A stretch of 64,000 nucleotides of DNA from a virus (Duplodnaviria; Caudoviricetes), in IMG/VR virus record IMGVR_UViG_3300005670_000019, one strand, 5' to 3'. The translations under genes and the position numbers were made by a program. This document shows positions 39,727 to 48,715 of this stretch, in pieces. Position 1 is the stretch's first letter; every line of letters starts with the position of its first letter. The notes below the pieces were generated by a model, which had not been told where the DNA came from, ran no database searches, and saw nothing but the letters and a program-made list of their open reading frames with translations.

Positions 39727-40241
39727 AGTTTTCTTTCTTTTTTCAGTCTCCAATCATACAAAGCCATGCCAACTGCCACAGCCAGATTGAAGTCATTGTG
39801 CAAGCCCCACATTGGAATATAGACAATGTCTGCGGCTTTTTCAAGAAGATGCTGAGGAATCCCTTCCTTTTCGCATCCGAATAACAGAATAGGGTCCTGT
39901 GGATATTGGAAATACTGTAGGTCTTTGCCATCAAGTCCTTCTCGCTTCTCAAAAGCAATGATAGGACGCTTATCAGCAAGCCTCAAAAATTCTTCGGAAT
40001 TGACCTTGAACAAGTTTTCCCATTTATGGGTTCCCATTGTTGCCTTCTTGTAAAATCCGCCCGGAATATCAACAAGAAATATTTCCTTCGCTAAGAAGGA
40101 ATGGGAAGTTCTAATGATAGAACCCATATTGAAGTAGTTTGTACTTCCCCACACAGCCACAGAGAAGGGCATTCTTACTTCATTCAAGGTTTCTCGAATT
40201 TCTTCTTTTGAAAGTCCGTCTAAGGTCGGTGCCTGTGTCAT
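39723..40241 (-). CDS. SPOUT (SpoU/TrmH/TrmL-like) RNA 2'-O-methyltransferase
   Basis: NMGSIIRT, LLFGCEKEGIP and YIPM.G...FNLAVA; minimal catalytic domain. Confidence 0.88.
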   Translation of the reverse strand: MTQAPTLDGLSKEEIRETLNEVRMPFSVAVWGSTNYFNMGSIIRTSHSFLAKEIFLVDIPGGFYKKATMGTHKWENLFKVNSEEFLRLADKRPIIAFEKREGLDGKDLQYFQYPQDPILLFGCEKEGIPQHLLEKAADIVYIPMWGLHNDFNLAVAVGMALYDWRLKKERKL

Positions 40242-40618
40242 TTTACTTCCAGAATTTGACCCCTCAAAGAGAAAGGATCAGAAATAGGTTGCCAATTTGT
40301 AAGTTCATTGCTGTGAAATGGTTTTCCTCCACCATTTCGATTCACAGCAATTGTGATATGCTTTATCTTGTTTGTTGAGGGAGTTACTCCCTCAACTCCG
40401 ACAGCAAGAACCCTGTCGTCTATTGCCCAGGAAGAAACTATAAGAGTTTCAAATGTCCCCACAGCTTTTGGAAAACGAGCAAGAGGACCATTGGAAATAT
40501 TTCCAATGTTAATTGTCATATGATGAGCAATAACCTCCCAACCCTCGGGGATAAGATGCTTCATCTTTTCGACAAGTTTTAGATGAGACTTATCGTTTAG
40601 AACCAACGCTGTGTACAT
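40238..40618 (-). CDS. 2H phosphoesterase (cyclic phosphodiesterase-like)
   Basis: Two HxT motifs (HHMTI, KHITI) and KP..SN. Confidence 0.8.
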   Translation of the reverse strand: MYTALVLNDKSHLKLVEKMKHLIPEGWEVIAHHMTINIGNISNGPLARFPKAVGTFETLIVSSWAIDDRVLAVGVEGVTPSTNKIKHITIAVNRNGGGKPFHSNELTNWQPISDPFSLRGQILEVK

Positions 40619-40638
40619 TCCAATTCCTCTCTCAAAAG

Positions 40639-40667
40639 ATTATGGCACATTCCTGATGGATTTTCAA
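40639..40667 (-). promoter_or_regulatory. Sigma70-type promoter TTGAAA-N17-CATAAT within an inverted repeat
   Basis: Member of the repeated promoter family; arms ATGGCACATT (40642-40651) and AATGTGCCAT (40670-40679). Confidence 0.75.
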
Positions 40668-40700
40668 GAAATGTGCCATGGTTGGTTGATTATGGTGTGA

Positions 40701-41387
40701 TCAATCGCAGTAAAGACTGCGAAGAAGTTTTCTGTCATTATCTGTCATACGCATTGTACCAACAGAATTGTCTGTGATTTCTGGAAACATCAGAGACATT
40801 TCAAAATCATCATGTCCAAGTCCAAGAACATGTCCAAGTTCATGCTCTAAAGTAAGAGCCATCAAATCAATTGTTGGAACCCCATAAAGAGTTAGAGAAG
40901 CTTTTTGTTCTCCATCTTCAAGAAAGTGGGTGACGCTTCCACCCTCACCGTGACCTTCACCAACAGGAATTGCGCCCTCAAGATTTACGAAAACGCGAGC
41001 TTCTGCTCTTTTGGTTGTTTCACGAAGAACTGTGCATCCAACTTGACTGTTTGTATTTCTTACAGCAACACTCAAAGCACGACGTCTATCTCTGTTTCCA
41101 TTTTCAGCAAAGACAGGAAGAGGCAATGTATCCATTGTCCAAAGAATATCTTCACCCTCTGTTTGAGAATAACTTACAACACGGTCGCCAGACCATGTTG
41201 CTTTCAACAATCCAACTTCTTCATGTTTGAGGATGCCAAGAACAACAAAGAAAAGAGCCAGAACAGTCATTGCGATGACAATTCCAACCATTACTCGGTA
41301 AGACTTTACACTCTTTTTTTCTTCTTTGGTCTTCACTTTTGGTTCAAGTCCCAGGCGGTCTTCTAAATCTTTCATGTCTTTGATCAT
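40701..41387 (-). CDS. Membrane-anchored metzincin (matrixin-like) metalloprotease
   Basis: One TM helix; HELGHVLGLGH and Met-turn SLMFP. Confidence 0.88.
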   Translation of the reverse strand: MIKDMKDLEDRLGLEPKVKTKEEKKSVKSYRVMVGIVIAMTVLALFFVVLGILKHEEVGLLKATWSGDRVVSYSQTEGEDILWTMDTLPLPVFAENGNRDRRRALSVAVRNTNSQVGCTVLRETTKRAEARVFVNLEGAIPVGEGHGEGGSVTHFLEDGEQKASLTLYGVPTIDLMALTLEHELGHVLGLGHDDFEMSLMFPEITDNSVGTMRMTDNDRKLLRSLYCD

Positions 41388-41421
41388 GACAGTAAGTATG
41401 TCATGAAGAAACTATGAATGA

Positions 41422-41673
41422 TCATTCTTCTGAAAGATTTGCTTCCAACTTATCAAGCTCTTGATGAAAGAGCTCAAGTTCTTCAAATCCATGTTCAATT
41501 TCGCACTCAATCCAAAGAAGATAAAGATCATCCTTCCTTAGATTGAAATCCGGACAAATATAATCCGGGCTTTGATCTTTCATTGGAGCGAACCATTCTT
41601 CACTTGTCACCCCATTTTTGATCAAAGCCAAAATTACTTTTGCTGGTTCCGTTAGATGTTCGTCTTTTTCCAT
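41422..41673 (-). CDS. Hypothetical protein
   Basis: 83-aa ORF in the co-directional cluster. Confidence 0.55.
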   Translation of the reverse strand: MEKDEHLTEPAKVILALIKNGVTSEEWFAPMKDQSPDYICPDFNLRKDDLYLLWIECEIEHGFEELELFHQELDKLEANLSEE

Positions 41674-42101
41674 AGATCCATCACGCCAGTGAGGTATACA
41701 AAAGATTTGTTGTACTTCATGAGACGAGCGTGGTCCTTCTCGGACAGACCCTTCAAGCGAGTAATGTCGCTGTTGTCTCGAAGGTCCTCCAACTTTACCA
41801 AGGTTGCATCCCGACTGGTTCCAATCTTTCGGATGTAGACCTCGTAACTATCACCCTTCTTGTGGGTGAGGAGGTCAAGAGCATCAGTCACGCGAGAAGA
41901 AAATCCCATCTTGGTCAGGTCTTCGAGCGTAACATCACTATCCTCCACAACGTCATGGAGTACAGCAATACTCATGAGTTCTTCATCATCCGAGCGAAGG
42001 CGCATCATTAGACGCAAAGGATGAAGGATGTAAGGCTTCCCGCCCTTATCCCTCTGGTTTTCATGAACCTTCGAAGCTAGAGCAATGGCAGTACCAAGCA
42101 T
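41652..42101 (-). CDS. HD-domain RelA/SpoT-type hydrolase (small alarmone hydrolase-like)
   Basis: HENQRDKGGKPYILHP, AVLHDVVED and VKLEDLRDN motifs. Confidence 0.85.
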   Translation of the reverse strand: MLGTAIALASKVHENQRDKGGKPYILHPLRLMMRLRSDDEELMSIAVLHDVVEDSDVTLEDLTKMGFSSRVTDALDLLTHKKGDSYEVYIRKIGTSRDATLVKLEDLRDNSDITRLKGLSEKDHARLMKYNKSFVYLTGVMDLWKKTNI

Positions 42102-42113
42102 GACAGTTTCCTT

Positions 42114-42497
42114 TCACGAAATCATCGTTGCGATAGCGCAAGCGAGTTTCCAACCATCTTCGGTCGGTTCGAATCGAGCAATGGGAGAACGAAACTTTCC
42201 ACCCTTTGCAAAGTGAGGGTCGACCAACTTTTGCCCAAGCAACTTGCTGATCGTCAGGTTCTTATAGACCATGATCTTTCGTCCCTCGTAATTCGTGCAG
42301 TCTGGATACTTCAACTCAACGACCAGATTCTTTCCGATCTGGTGAGAACGAAGCACCTCGTAGTTCGAGGGGTTTGGATTTCCCGAAACCACACGAGGTT
42401 CCTGTGGAATCGCAACGTAAACTGTCCGAGTCGGCGGAGCCGAAGGGGCATAGTCGAAGTCGTCGCCACGCGTACTCTTGAAAGGTCCGATACCCAT
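42114..42497 (-). CDS. Hypothetical phage protein
   Basis: AGGAG RBS and own promoter; YPDCTNYEGRKI. Confidence 0.75.
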   Translation of the reverse strand: MGIGPFKSTRGDDFDYAPSAPPTRTVYVAIPQEPRVVSGNPNPSNYEVLRSHQIGKNLVVELKYPDCTNYEGRKIMVYKNLTISKLLGQKLVDPHFAKGGKFRSPIARFEPTEDGWKLACAIATMIS

Positions 42498-42516
42498 GAT
42501 TTTCTCCTATACTTAC

Positions 42517-42545
42517 AGCCTAGCACAGACTGTGAGGATTTTCAA
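42517..42545 (-). promoter_or_regulatory. Sigma70-type promoter TTGAAA-N17-TAGGCT
   Basis: Member of the repeated promoter family. Confidence 0.7.
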
Positions 42546-42551
42546 TTATTG

Positions 42552-42857
42552 CTATAGGCGCCAATTTTTGGGAAGACGGGGCGTGACCGTTTGTTGAACG
42601 CGACAAGCACTCAAGTAAAGCTCGACAAACTTCTGAGCCTCTTCAAGGGTTTTGAAACCTTTACCGTCGTCGATTGCAATCTGTTCAACGCCCCATTCCA
42701 CTCGAAAATACCCTGAGCGACCATCAATTTGAAAAATTAGTGTTCGCCTCTTTTCGCTCTCGAAAAGCTGAACGAGAGCAACATACAAGTTGCTCTCAAG
42801 TTCTTGAAACTGTGGAGTGGAAAGGTCCATTGTGTTCACTGCTCGTTGCATGAGCAA
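42552..42857 (-). CDS. Hypothetical protein (start uncertain)
   Basis: Co-directional ORF. Confidence 0.5.
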   Translation of the reverse strand: MLMQRAVNTMDLSTPQFQELESNLYVALVQLFESEKRRTLIFQIDGRSGYFRVEWGVEQIAIDDGKGFKTLEEAQKFVELYLSACRVQQTVTPRLPKNWRL

Positions 42858-43066
42858 CTGAAAGAATCCTCTTGCACCTCGAAATGCATCGAAGCTTTCC
42901 CCTCACAAAACTGTGAGCATTGGACGCGGATGACCTCGCTCGGATCGGGTTTGGCAAGGAACAGAATTGCCATCAACACAATTGCAAACCCAACAATCAA
43001 AGACATGATTGCGATCGTCTCGCCATGGTCGTCCCAAAAGTCCTGCAACTTTTTGATCATCACCAA
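42836..43066 (-). CDS. Small membrane protein with Cys-rich C terminus
   Basis: One TM segment; CxxxC..CxC. Confidence 0.55.
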   Translation of the reverse strand: MVMIKKLQDFWDDHGETIAIMSLIVGFAIVLMAILFLAKPDPSEVIRVQCSQFCEGKASMHFEVQEDSFSCSCNEQ

Positions 43067-43238
43067 TCTCCTCGAAGGTCAGCAGCGAAACGGGCATTCG
43101 ATCGCATCACGCGACGAGCATCCTTTCGCAAAAGGACGTCAGAAGATGCGCTATGCGAAACGCAACGATAACGCTTCTTCAAGCGTGAGTAACGGCGCTT
43201 CCAAAGCGCATTGCCAACGAGAGAGATCGGTGCGGACA

Positions 43239-43412
43239 TTAGGGCTCCTTGTTGAGAATTTCTGCTGCCTTCAAAAGCAGGAAAACATCGGACGAAGTGA
43301 TCGTCGGGTCACTCTCACAAAGGTGAGAAAAGATTTCCTCCGGAGTGCAGTCGTAGCCAAGCATGCAGCGAACACGCTGAATGTGGCAGTCGAATCGATC
43401 CTGAATTTCCAT
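43239..43412 (-). CDS. Hypothetical protein
   Basis: MEIQDRFDCH..; GGAG RBS. Confidence 0.55.
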   Translation of the reverse strand: MEIQDRFDCHIQRVRCMLGYDCTPEEIFSHLCESDPTITSSDVFLLLKAAEILNKEP

Positions 43413-43417
43413 GTTTT

Positions 43418-43594
43418 TCACTCCGGCTGAGAAAGAAGAAGGTCTTCGATTTCCGAGAAATAGACCCACTTGGTTCCGTCATTTTCGAACCAAACGAGCA
43501 GTCCGACAGCATCCCAAGACTGGTCTTGGATCGTGAAGGTTTCGCCGTCCAACTTGAACTGACAGCCTCGATAGTTCTTTCCGGTGTTCGCCAT
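43418..43594 (-). CDS. 58-aa protein, not in the ORF track (probably leaderless)
   Basis: MANTGKNYRGCQF...SQPE; ATG 6 nt after the -10 box. Confidence 0.6.
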   Translation of the reverse strand: MANTGKNYRGCQFKLDGETFTIQDQSWDAVGLLVWFENDGTKWVYFSEIEDLLLSQPE

Positions 43595-43600
43595 GATTTT

Positions 43601-43629
43601 AATATAGCATAGCCGGGAAGGATTTTCAA
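43601..43629 (-). promoter_or_regulatory. Sigma70-type promoter TTGAAA-N17-TATATT
   Basis: Member of the repeated promoter family; extended -10. Confidence 0.8.
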
Positions 43630-43672
43630 GTAATGCTAAGTATGTGTAATTGCAGGGAATTTTTCCCTGCCC

Positions 43673-43996
43673 TCACTCAGGGACAGAGGTATCAGCATCG
43701 ATACCTGTGTCGGTCGGACCAGCATCCTGAACACCAGCATCCGTCCCCGTTTGGGTACAGTCACGCTCCCAAGCCCTTGCAGTTTGGCACGAAGCTTGCC
43801 TGCTTCCCTCACTTATATTCTGTGAGGTTTCGCACCATCTAAGAGCTGTTTCGTATTCCTGTACGAAATCTGCACACTGCTGTTGCTGGTGTTCGATCAG
43901 ATAGTTTGTGGTCGGTTGTGCAGGTGGAGGCGTGGGGGATGCACAAGCAACTAAAAATAGACTAATAAAGGAGTTTTCTATCACTGATTTTTTCAT
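43673..43996 (-). CDS. Putative lipoprotein
   Basis: Lipobox LVAC; four further Cys; DAG-type acidic tail. Confidence 0.65.
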   Translation of the reverse strand: MKKSVIENSFISLFLVACASPTPPPAQPTTNYLIEHQQQQCADFVQEYETALRWCETSQNISEGSRQASCQTARAWERDCTQTGTDAGVQDAGPTDTGIDADTSVPE

Positions 43997-44399
43997 AAAA
44001 ATTAATTCCTGCCTGATTCCAGGCTTCTTCTACGAAGAGAACTTTCTTCGGTGTTTGTTCGGCAAGTCTGTCAAGCAATCTTGTCCCGACTCCCTTTCTT
44101 CTAAAGTCATGATGAACAAACGTTCCAATTGTGGAAACATAGATTGTTTGCAATCTATTGTTCATGTAGAATGTTCGTTTACTTGGTGCTTCTAACCAGA
44201 TCCACCCAATTACTTCACCTTCATGCCAAGCCAACCAAAACTTATGTTTGCTTTTTGCTGTAAGATGCTGTAGAAGCGGATAAAGCGTACTTCCTCTGCG
44301 ACCGAAGCCACCATTGGTAAGCTGCTCAAGTCTCTTTTTGAGTTTGGGTCGCTGGAGAATGTTTTTTGATGTATATGGTCCGAGAACTCTGAACATCAT
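43962..44399 (-). CDS. GNAT acetyltransferase
   Basis: FVHHDFRRKGVGTRL and A..FYEK motifs. Confidence 0.85.
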   Translation of the reverse strand: MMFRVLGPYTSKNILQRPKLKKRLEQLTNGGFGRRGSTLYPLLQHLTAKSKHKFWLAWHEGEVIGWIWLEAPSKRTFYMNNRLQTIYVSTIGTFVHHDFRRKGVGTRLLDRLAEQTPKKVLFVEEAWNQAGINFYEKISDRKLLY

Positions 44400-44938
44400 T
44401 TTGTATCTCCAGATTTCATTCCCTTTACAAAGTTTTCAACTTCCGGAATGAAAGTCTTTTCCAGTTCCTCAAAACCTTTGTTTGAAAAATGGTTTTGGTA
44501 AAGAATTTCTGTTGCACCTGTAAATGTAACTTTCAGCAACTTATCTGTTTGTCTACTAAGAAGCGGGCGCGGTGCCGAGAAAACATCAAAAATTTTCTCC
44601 AGTTCATCCTTCATTTTGTCATCAAAGACAAAATATCCATCGAAAAAGGAGGCAAATCCGATAAATACTCCAGCTAGAACAAAGAATGGAATGAGTAAGA
44701 TAGTTGCTGGTTTTTCCAAAAAGTCTTTACCTACATACTTCAGGTAACTTGAATAGAAGGGGATGAATGACCTCGAAGGTTTTTCACCAAACCCAAACAA
44801 GTGCCAAGTAAGTTGAGCTAGATAGAAATAGGTGCAAATTCTCCTTACTCCAAGATACCAAAGAAAAAGTAGGGAGATTAGAAAGATGCCAAGAAACATG
44901 TTGTTATCCTTTGAAAGAATTTCTAAAGTTTGGAACAC
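44396..44938 (-). CDS. Hypothetical membrane protein
   Basis: Two hydrophobic segments. Confidence 0.6.
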   Translation of the reverse strand: MFQTLEILSKDNNMFLGIFLISLLFLWYLGVRRICTYFYLAQLTWHLFGFGEKPSRSFIPFYSSYLKYVGKDFLEKPATILLIPFFVLAGVFIGFASFFDGYFVFDDKMKDELEKIFDVFSAPRPLLSRQTDKLLKVTFTGATEILYQNHFSNKGFEELEKTFIPEVENFVKGMKSGDTK

Positions 44939-45425
44939 GACTTACTTCAAAATCAACTTCATCCATTCCAAGGATTTCATCAATGTTGAAATGAACGTAC
45001 TTTGTTGCCCAAAGAAGTCGTAACAGCTTTAGATTGTAGCTAGAGAAGGACGAGCTTTCAACGAGAATTTCAGGATTCACCCACTTTACAACACCTGTTT
45101 CCCCATTTAGAGGACTTCCAACTTTCCAAGATGAAATTACCTTGTCCAAGTCTTTCACGTCACAACGCGGAAGAAAAGTGGTAGTAAGATAATCTGTTTC
45201 GCCCTTAACTTTGTAAATGAAGAAAGTTGTTAGTTCGTCTGCTTTATATCCGGTTTCTTCATAAAGTTCTCGGATGGCAGCAGAAGTTGCATCTTCATTT
45301 TCTTCAATCTTGCCGCCGGGAAGTCCAAAATCGTTTGGATTATTCTTTCGAGAAACAGCAAGAATTTGGTTCTTTTCTGGAGAATAGAGAAGAACACAGG
45401 CAGCGAGTTTAATTTGTTCGGTCAT
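44904..45425 (-). CDS. NUDIX hydrolase
   Basis: LPGGKIEENE....AAIRELYEETG Nudix box. Confidence 0.92.
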   Translation of the reverse strand: MTEQIKLAACVLLYSPEKNQILAVSRKNNPNDFGLPGGKIEENEDATSAAIRELYEETGYKADELTTFFIYKVKGETDYLTTTFLPRCDVKDLDKVISSWKVGSPLNGETGVVKWVNPEILVESSSFSSYNLKLLRLLWATKYVHFNIDEILGMDEVDFEVSRVPNFRNSFKG

Positions 45426-45784
45426 AGTCGTCTTCGGCGCCCAAGAATTTCTGTTTTTTTGAAATCTTGAGTCTCGTCTCGGTCTACAATTTGAAATCGT
45501 TCATGGATATTCATTCCCGGATCAATGAATTCCCAGGAATAAAACTTGTTTTTTATTTTGATTAGGAGTCGATGTATTTTTCTGGTTTCATCATATTGAA
45601 AACAGAAATGTGCAGCAACCCAAATCTTTTCATCTGTTTCAATGAAAAGAGGGTTTTCATCCTCTTTTACATGAAGAGATTGTGATTTTCGAGCAATTAA
45701 AGTCAAGTTTTCCAGTGAAGAAATCACTGGAGCCCTTGCTTCATTTGAAGCCGTTGGTTTATATGAAGGCTTATCTTTGCTCAC
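45422..45784 (-). CDS. Hypothetical protein
   Basis: TATTTA 5 nt upstream of GTG; ATGA overlap. Confidence 0.65.
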   Translation of the reverse strand: MSKDKPSYKPTASNEARAPVISSLENLTLIARKSQSLHVKEDENPLFIETDEKIWVAAHFCFQYDETRKIHRLLIKIKNKFYSWEFIDPGMNIHERFQIVDRDETQDFKKTEILGRRRRL

Positions 45785-45812
45785 GCCAATAAATAGCTGA
45801 GCAAAGGCTCAT

Positions 45813-46055
45813 TCAGTTGAAAAGAGAGGGCTTCGCCATCAAGTCAGGGCTTTTTAGAAACTGTGGAATGATTTTCCACATTTGGTCCTTCACAAACTTT
45901 TCCTCGCCCTTGGAGAGGGTAAGACAGTGGATAGCAAGGTCTTCAACCAGCTTTTCACGCCACTCAGTGTCACGAATAAGATACTTCTCCTCATGAAGAA
46001 GATCATTTGCCAACTGCTTTAGACGAATAAACTCAAAAGGCGCAATGGTATCCAT
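45813..46055 (-). CDS. Hypothetical protein
   Basis: GGAGG RBS. Confidence 0.65.
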   Translation of the reverse strand: MDTIAPFEFIRLKQLANDLLHEEKYLIRDTEWREKLVEDLAIHCLTLSKGEEKFVKDQMWKIIPQFLKSPDLMAKPSLFN

Positions 46056-46076
46056 ATTTCCTCCAATTGTTAGAAA

Positions 46077-47177
46077 TCAGTTATATTCCGTCCCATCCTT
46101 ACGCGTCAAATAATCTCCAGAAACACTCTTGAGTTGCAAGCGATTTCCCGGAAGACCTTCGGCACAAGTTTCCACCATTGGACGAAGAATTACGCCCTCA
46201 CGAATATGAGACTTCTTACCAGAATACGTCTCATATCCATCAGTAAGTTCGTAAAGCTTTTCCTTGGTGAAAGGACCACGATAAAGGACCGGAACTCTTG
46301 TAAGTTCCAGAACTTCACAAAAACGGTCAAGTTCATCACTCGAAAGGTAGAAACCTTCTCGGTTGTCACCGACGAAGACATCGAAAACACGGAAATCAAT
46401 CTGATCTCCAGTCATTCCGTACTTGAGGTCTTGTACACCAGACCCGAAAGTTTCTCCAAGCACGAAAATTCTATCTCCTCCATTCAGGAAACTTTCACGA
46501 ACTTCATCGCTCAACAGAAACCACTTTTCAGCAAGATTGAGCTTTCGGGCAATCCGCCAATAAAGGTTATTCTTGTTGGCTTCATTGTTCTTGAGAGCAA
46601 GACCCTTCGCAGCCAAACCCTTTGAAGAAACAAAGGTATTTCCAATGTCAGGATGTTCCCACGCCGGGGGCATAATACCGATCATTGTCCAAGTGCCATG
46701 AAGCTTTTCCGTCATAACAACTTGTTCGTTTTCGGAAAAAAGCTCTGGATACTTCTTGAAGTTTTCGACATCATACTTGACGGTTCGATGCCCTCCAACG
46801 TGAGCAACCTCGCCAGCCATAGATGCAGGCACAGTTGGTTCCCACTTTGTAATCCCAAGTTCGTCCGCAACGTTTTGTCCGAGACTCCAATGCGGACGAG
46901 CGGGATACACAAGCCCCTGACTCAGAACACCACGAAGCTTGATTGCCTTTACTCTGTCCTTGTTGGACCCGGACAACTTTCCGTCAACGTTGATATCCTG
47001 TTGAATGGACAGTGGAACGAGCGACTGCTCCGGAATATAGGCAACCAAGTCACCAGACTTGTACTTTCCCTTCGGGACAACGCAAAGATACTCTCCAACT
47101 TGAGCAAGCTCAAGAGTATCAGCATTTTGGTGAGGCTTAATTTGAACCTCAACTACTTCGACAGAAAATGAAGACAT
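46077..47177 (-). CDS. RNA ligase, DRB0094 family
   Basis: N-terminal PH.NAD.LE..LRG.LSQGL; TEKLHGT, GE.FG, FDV, VP.LY.G, REG and LK..S.DYL motifs. Confidence 0.9.
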   Translation of the reverse strand: MSSFSVEVVEVQIKPHQNADTLELAQVGEYLCVVPKGKYKSGDLVAYIPEQSLVPLSIQQDINVDGKLSGSNKDRVKAIKLRGVLSQGLVYPARPHWSLGQNVADELGITKWEPTVPASMAGEVAHVGGHRTVKYDVENFKKYPELFSENEQVVMTEKLHGTWTMIGIMPPAWEHPDIGNTFVSSKGLAAKGLALKNNEANKNNLYWRIARKLNLAEKWFLLSDEVRESFLNGGDRIFVLGETFGSGVQDLKYGMTGDQIDFRVFDVFVGDNREGFYLSSDELDRFCEVLELTRVPVLYRGPFTKEKLYELTDGYETYSGKKSHIREGVILRPMVETCAEGLPGNRLQLKSVSGDYLTRKDGTEYN

Positions 47178-47195
47178 GTTGTCACCTATGCTTCA

Positions 47196-47224
47196 ACGAT
47201 AGCAGGGCGGAGGAGGATTTTCAA
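47196..47224 (-). promoter_or_regulatory. Sigma70-type promoter TTGAAA-N17-TATCGT
   Basis: Member of the repeated promoter family. Confidence 0.75.
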
Positions 47225-48150
47225 GTAATGGAAGATAACCAATTAGAGATTGTCTTCATTCCACTGTGTATCAGAAGGCGCTGTGGGAATGTTGGAAAAC
47301 AACTTACCTTATTTTCCGTTGAAATCCATTTCCGAGTTCCAGAAAATGGAGGATTTATTCCTGCCGCGGAAATAACATCCGGAAAATTCACGGTTCGTCG
47401 TACCAAAACTAGGTTACCATTTTTATCGAAAATGGTTTTACGAAACTCGTCTTGAAGAATTTGTGTTAGTCTTGAGGCTACTTGCTTCATGACAACAGGG
47501 TCGCCGGTGCGACCCGACACTTTTGATTCAATCAAAAGCTCGTGAACAATCTGATGAAACTCCATGAAAGATTCGCATTTCTGATAGAAATCAGTCGCGT
47601 AAATGCTTTTTGGAGTTTTTCCGCTCTTTACAAGAGTCTGTTCAAGTGTATCGAGATAGGTTTCAAAAAACCTATAGAAGATAGTGGAATTTTGTGTTAT
47701 GGTATGATGAAATGAATAAAGTTCATCATTCTCTTGATCAAAAGCTTCATCTGCCTCATACCAAAATCCATAGTTTGCGATATTATCAAGATGCCAACGA
47801 ACACCCGCAATCCCATCAAGAAAACCTTTGATAGGTTTGATTTTCCCCTTTACAAGGGGGTCAATTGTACGAAGAACTTCTGTTTTCCAAGTTTGGAGAT
47901 ATAGTTCACCAAACAACTCTTTGTTCCAAATAGTCGAAGGTAACGAACCGCTCATTTTATGCTGCTTGATCAGCATTTGGAGCTTCTCTGATTGAAGGAT
48001 CAGATCAAAAAAGGGGGAAACAAGTGGTGAACTAAGAACGTTTTTATAAAACGCGGCTTCAACCTCTACAAACTCTGTCCATTCGGAGATATAGAGTGAT
48101 CTCAACCCCTTTTGTTGCTCTGTTAGATTTAGGTTGGAAAGGTCGATCAT
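47221..48150 (-). CDS. Hypothetical protein
   Basis: 309-aa ORF. Confidence 0.7.
   Translation of the reverse strand: MIDLSNLNLTEQQKGLRSLYISEWTEFVEVEAAFYKNVLSSPLVSPFFDLILQSEKLQMLIKQHKMSGSLPSTIWNKELFGELYLQTWKTEVLRTIDPLVKGKIKPIKGFLDGIAGVRWHLDNIANYGFWYEADEAFDQENDELYSFHHTITQNSTIFYRFFETYLDTLEQTLVKSGKTPKSIYATDFYQKCESFMEFHQIVHELLIESKVSGRTGDPVVMKQVASRLTQILQDEFRKTIFDKNGNLVLVRRTVNFPDVISAAGINPPFSGTRKWISTENKVSCFPTFPQRLLIHSGMKTISNWLSSIT
47228..47249 (+). repeat. 22-bp dispersed motif, copy 3
   Basis: ATGGAAGATAACCAATTAGAGA. Confidence 0.85.
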
Positions 48151-48159
48151 GGCTCAATT

Positions 48160-48366
48160 TCAGGAGACTTCGGTCTTGAAACCCCAAGTCCAGTCACCGC
48201 GCGGATCTTGCACAACCAGATAGTTCCACGTCCCATCCGTCATGTAGAGGTTCGTCCCGCCATTCTTGAGCTTGGACTGTCGAGAAATTGCGATCTTTCC
48301 CTCTTCGTAGAGGCGCGAAAGACGCGAAAGGTCTTCATCCGTCAGAGGATAAGAAACGGTTCCCAT
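48160..48366 (-). CDS. Hypothetical protein
   Basis: 68-aa ORF, GC-richer codons. Confidence 0.6.
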   Translation of the reverse strand: MGTVSYPLTDEDLSRLSRLYEEGKIAISRQSKLKNGGTNLYMTDGTWNYLVVQDPRGDWTWGFKTEVS

Positions 48367-48369
48367 GAT

Positions 48370-48489
48370 TCACCAACCTTCGTCAGGGTTTTCTTGAGGA
48401 GTTTGCTCTTCACCTTCGAGCATCCAGACAATCGCTCGGAGAACGAAGTCCATTGCGGGCAACGTGCTCAATCCAAGCGCCACCAACAT
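48370..48489 (-). CDS. Small hydrophobic peptide (39 aa)
   Basis: MLVALG..WMLEGEEQ; resembles the upstream ORF. Confidence 0.45.
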   Translation of the reverse strand: MLVALGLSTLPAMDFVLRAIVWMLEGEEQTPQENPDEGW

Positions 48490-48496
48490 GATCGTC

Positions 48497-48649
48497 TCAA
48501 TCAAGGCGCACCTCCGTGGACTCCATGTCCTCATTCGAGGACATTTCCTGCTCTGGTCCCTCAAGAAGGAACACAAAAACCCAGCAGAAAATCGTCATCA
48601 AAAGGATGATGGAAATCATGTCGCGGCAAATGTCGGGCGCTTCGTTCAT
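48497..48649 (-). CDS. Small membrane peptide (50 aa), not in the ORF track
   Basis: MNEAPDIC..FLLEGPEQ..; ATG 6 nt after the -10 box. Confidence 0.55.
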   Translation of the reverse strand: MNEAPDICRDMISIILLMTIFCWVFVFLLEGPEQEMSSNEDMESTEVRLD

Positions 48650-48655
48650 TCCTAT

Positions 48656-48684
48656 ACATTAGCATACCTCGGGACGATTTTCAA
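48656..48684 (-). promoter_or_regulatory. Sigma70-type promoter TTGAAA-N17-TAATGT
   Basis: Member of the repeated promoter family. Confidence 0.75.
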
Positions 48685-48715
48685 GAAATGCAGCGAAAAA
48701 AATTCCTCAATAATT

